Part shown: positions 61,700-64,000 of the stretch, piece by piece | How the letters are laid out: each line of letters opens with the position of its first letter | How positions within the stretch are numbered: position 1 is the stretch's first letter | Assembly: GCF_036321535.1 (NCBI RefSeq) | Contig: NC_087437.1 | Location: 64,420,001 to 64,484,000 of the forward strand | Direction: 5' to 3' | Length of the DNA: 64,000 nucleotides | Source of the DNA: Camelus dromedarius | Taxonomy: Eukaryota | Notes under the pieces: model-generated | The model's database searches: none | Seen by the model: the letters and a program-made list of their open reading frames with translations, nothing else | What the model was told of the DNA's origin: nothing | Position numbers and translations under genes: made by a program

Positions 61700-64000
61700 G
61701 CTTCTGGCTATGACAGACTACCTGTATCAGACCAATCTTCTTACCAAAAACTACTAAAAGAGCTGGTAGGGGGAGAAGTCTGTTTGAAGGCAACTAGTAT
61801 TTGATGGGCCAAGCTCTTGGAGAGAAGGGAACTGCAGGGTGAACCAAAGTCAGAAGATAATAGAATAACTTCTTCAAAATGCTCAAATAACTGCCAATGA
61901 AGAATTCTATACCCAGCAAAAATATCTTTCAAAGAATGAAGGTGAAATACATTTTCAGACAAAAACTGAGAGGATTCATCACTTTTAGACCTGCACTAGA
62001 AGAAATACTAAAGCCAGAGGAAAATGATCCCAGATGGAAGCATGGAAATACAAGAAGGACTGAAAAGCAGTGGGGTGAAAGGGTAAATATGTTGGTAAAT
62101 GTAAATAAGTACTTACTGTATAAAAAAATTAAAATGTTTTATAGGGTTTCAAATATACACAGAATTAAAGTACATGTTAAAAGTAGTACAAAAGGAAGGA
62201 GGGAAATAAATGGCATTAAAGTGTTCAAAGTTCATTGCATCGTCTGGTAAATGATAAATATACTAATTTGCATCAGAGTTTAATGAGTCAAAGATGCACA
62301 CTGTAATCTCTCAGTAACCAATATAAGAACTGTAGTAGAAAGTATAATCAACAATCTAATAGGGGATGAAAATGTAATAATAAAAATACTCAATCCAGAA
62401 GAGGGCAGGAAAAGAAGGAAAAAAGAACAAAGAATAGATGTGATAAATAGAAAACCAAGATTAATATGGTATATTTAAAGCCAAACATCAGTAAATATGT
62501 AAATAGACTAAGTACCCCAATTAAAAGATAGTCAGACTGGATGACGAAAAACAAAACTCAAGTATATGCTGCTACCAAAGGGCACATCTTAAATTTACAG
62601 TTATAGGAAGGTTAAAATAAAAAGGGTAGAAAAAATTTGGCATGCTAATAATAACCAAAAAATATTGCCAATAATAATTTTGGTATCATAATTTTGAAAC
62701 ATTTTTATGTATACTGTAGTATAAAACAAGTAAATATATAATATTAGGAACCAAAATTTTATTGCACAGGAAAATACATATATAATCCAAGAAATTCAGG
62801 GAAAAATCTACATTATTGAGTTTTAAATGAAAACATCCATATGAACTCATGCTTTCTTAGCTTTAGCCATGAAAGAGCCTGGAAGCAATAACACCTTAGC
62901 AGTAAGCACACCTAGCGTGCAGATCTTGATTTCTCATTACCATTCCTCACTGAAAATAACTAGGGCTTCTTAGAAGAATGTCTGATTCCAAGCCTGAGAC
63001 AGAGAAAGTACAGGTGAGCTGAAAAGACCCTGTGCCAGAAAGTGGAGAAATGTACAGATTAATGGGGTCATCAAAAGGATGTGGCAGCCAACTTGAGAGG
63101 GTCCCTATTAGCTATCTGTAGGATGATTTGTGAATCTAAAAGAATAATCACTGTAATTAAATGTAACATACTGAATTTTTTAAAAAGCAAGAGGGAAGGA
63201 AAATTCTTCTTTATCAAAATGCCAGATAATCAGTATAGACGGAATGACAGAAATAGAAAATTACCGTCTTGCAACCTCAATGCAATGTAATAGTGGATTC
63301 AGGAAAGGATCGTCAATGGATGTCAATCAGTAAAAGTCTTTATATAATAAGACTTTCATATTTTATATAACATAGATAAGCAATCAGGATTTACTGTATA
63401 ACACAGAGAACAATAATCAGTATCTTATAATAACCTATAATGGAAAATAATCTGAATGTATATGTATGTATATATATGTATTAGATACGTATAGCTGAAT
63501 CACTTTGCTGTACACCTGAAATTAATACAATATTGTAAATTAACTATACATCAATAAAAATAAATAAATAAATAAGAAGCTTCTGATTTGATGCATCACC
63601 TACAAAATATTCTTCTAAAAAATATTTACCTGAATTTACACAAGCCTTTCAACCTAGCTCCAAGTTTATCAGAAATAAAGAGGACAGAGGAATAAATTAA
63701 GTGACACCATGAGGAATCAGACAACTCTAAAGTCTATAAGAAAACTGCTTGAGTTTTCAAAATCTCTAGGCAAGACAGAGCCAGAATGTGGCACATTCTA
63801 CAGCACAACTGGCTTAAAGTCTTCTAAAATTTCAATATCATGAAAAATAATGCTTAAAAGTGTAGGAGTACTGTTCTAGATCAGAACAGATGAAGGAGAG
63901 AAAAATGACTAGACGCAATGTGCGAGCTCAGATGGGGGGCAGGGCTTGGCAGGAAGTTATAAGAAAGCTATTTTGAGCAACTGGAGAAATTTGAATATTG
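61700..64000 (+). mobile_element. Old L1 (L1M/L1MC-type) remnants in a PARP14 intron
   Basis: ORF1-like agaattctatacccagcaaaaatatctttcaaagaatgaaggtgaaat; ORF2 endonuclease-like tatatgctgctaccaaag...catgctaataataaccaaaa. Confidence 0.65.

Noticed and set aside
1..64000. CRISPR array, operon, or a novel prokaryote-style or multi-gene system
   Set aside because: The sequence is intron-rich mammalian DNA with known gene order. I found no regularly spaced repeats and no unexplained long ORF.

Overview
This is mammalian (eukaryotic) genomic DNA, probably from a camelid, judging by five tRNA-derived Vic-1-like SINEs. The ORF track is therefore mostly noise and the genes had to be rebuilt exon by exon. 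The window holds the conserved SLC49A4(DIRC2)-HSPBAP1-PARP14 neighbourhood. SLC49A4 coding exon 1 lies on the minus strand (6990-6648) and runs off the left edge through intron 1. A CpG-rich head-to-head promoter follows (about 6.6-8.6 kb). The complete 8-exon HSPBAP1 CDS is on the plus strand (8541-54827; 1467 nt, 488 aa, all GT-AG, intact JmjC H175/D177/H257). The last two coding exons of PARP14 are on the minus strand (60422-60248 and 59900-59611), tail-to-tail with HSPBAP1. Most of the rest is L1, L2, MIR, hAT, LTR and SINE debris; repeat family names come from recalled consensus and their boundaries are approximate. I see no evidence for a new multi-gene system. The best leads are regulatory: (1) an RBFOX UGCAUG cluster and hairpin directly after the HxD-encoding HSPBAP1 exon 4, which is also bracketed by a ~150 bp direct repeat; (2) a recursive-splice-type AG|GTAAAT at exon 2; (3) a perfect CLEAR palindrome in the shared promoter; (4) an inverted pair of same-family LTRs in intron 2; (5) poly(A)-only insertions with target-site duplications (TSDs).
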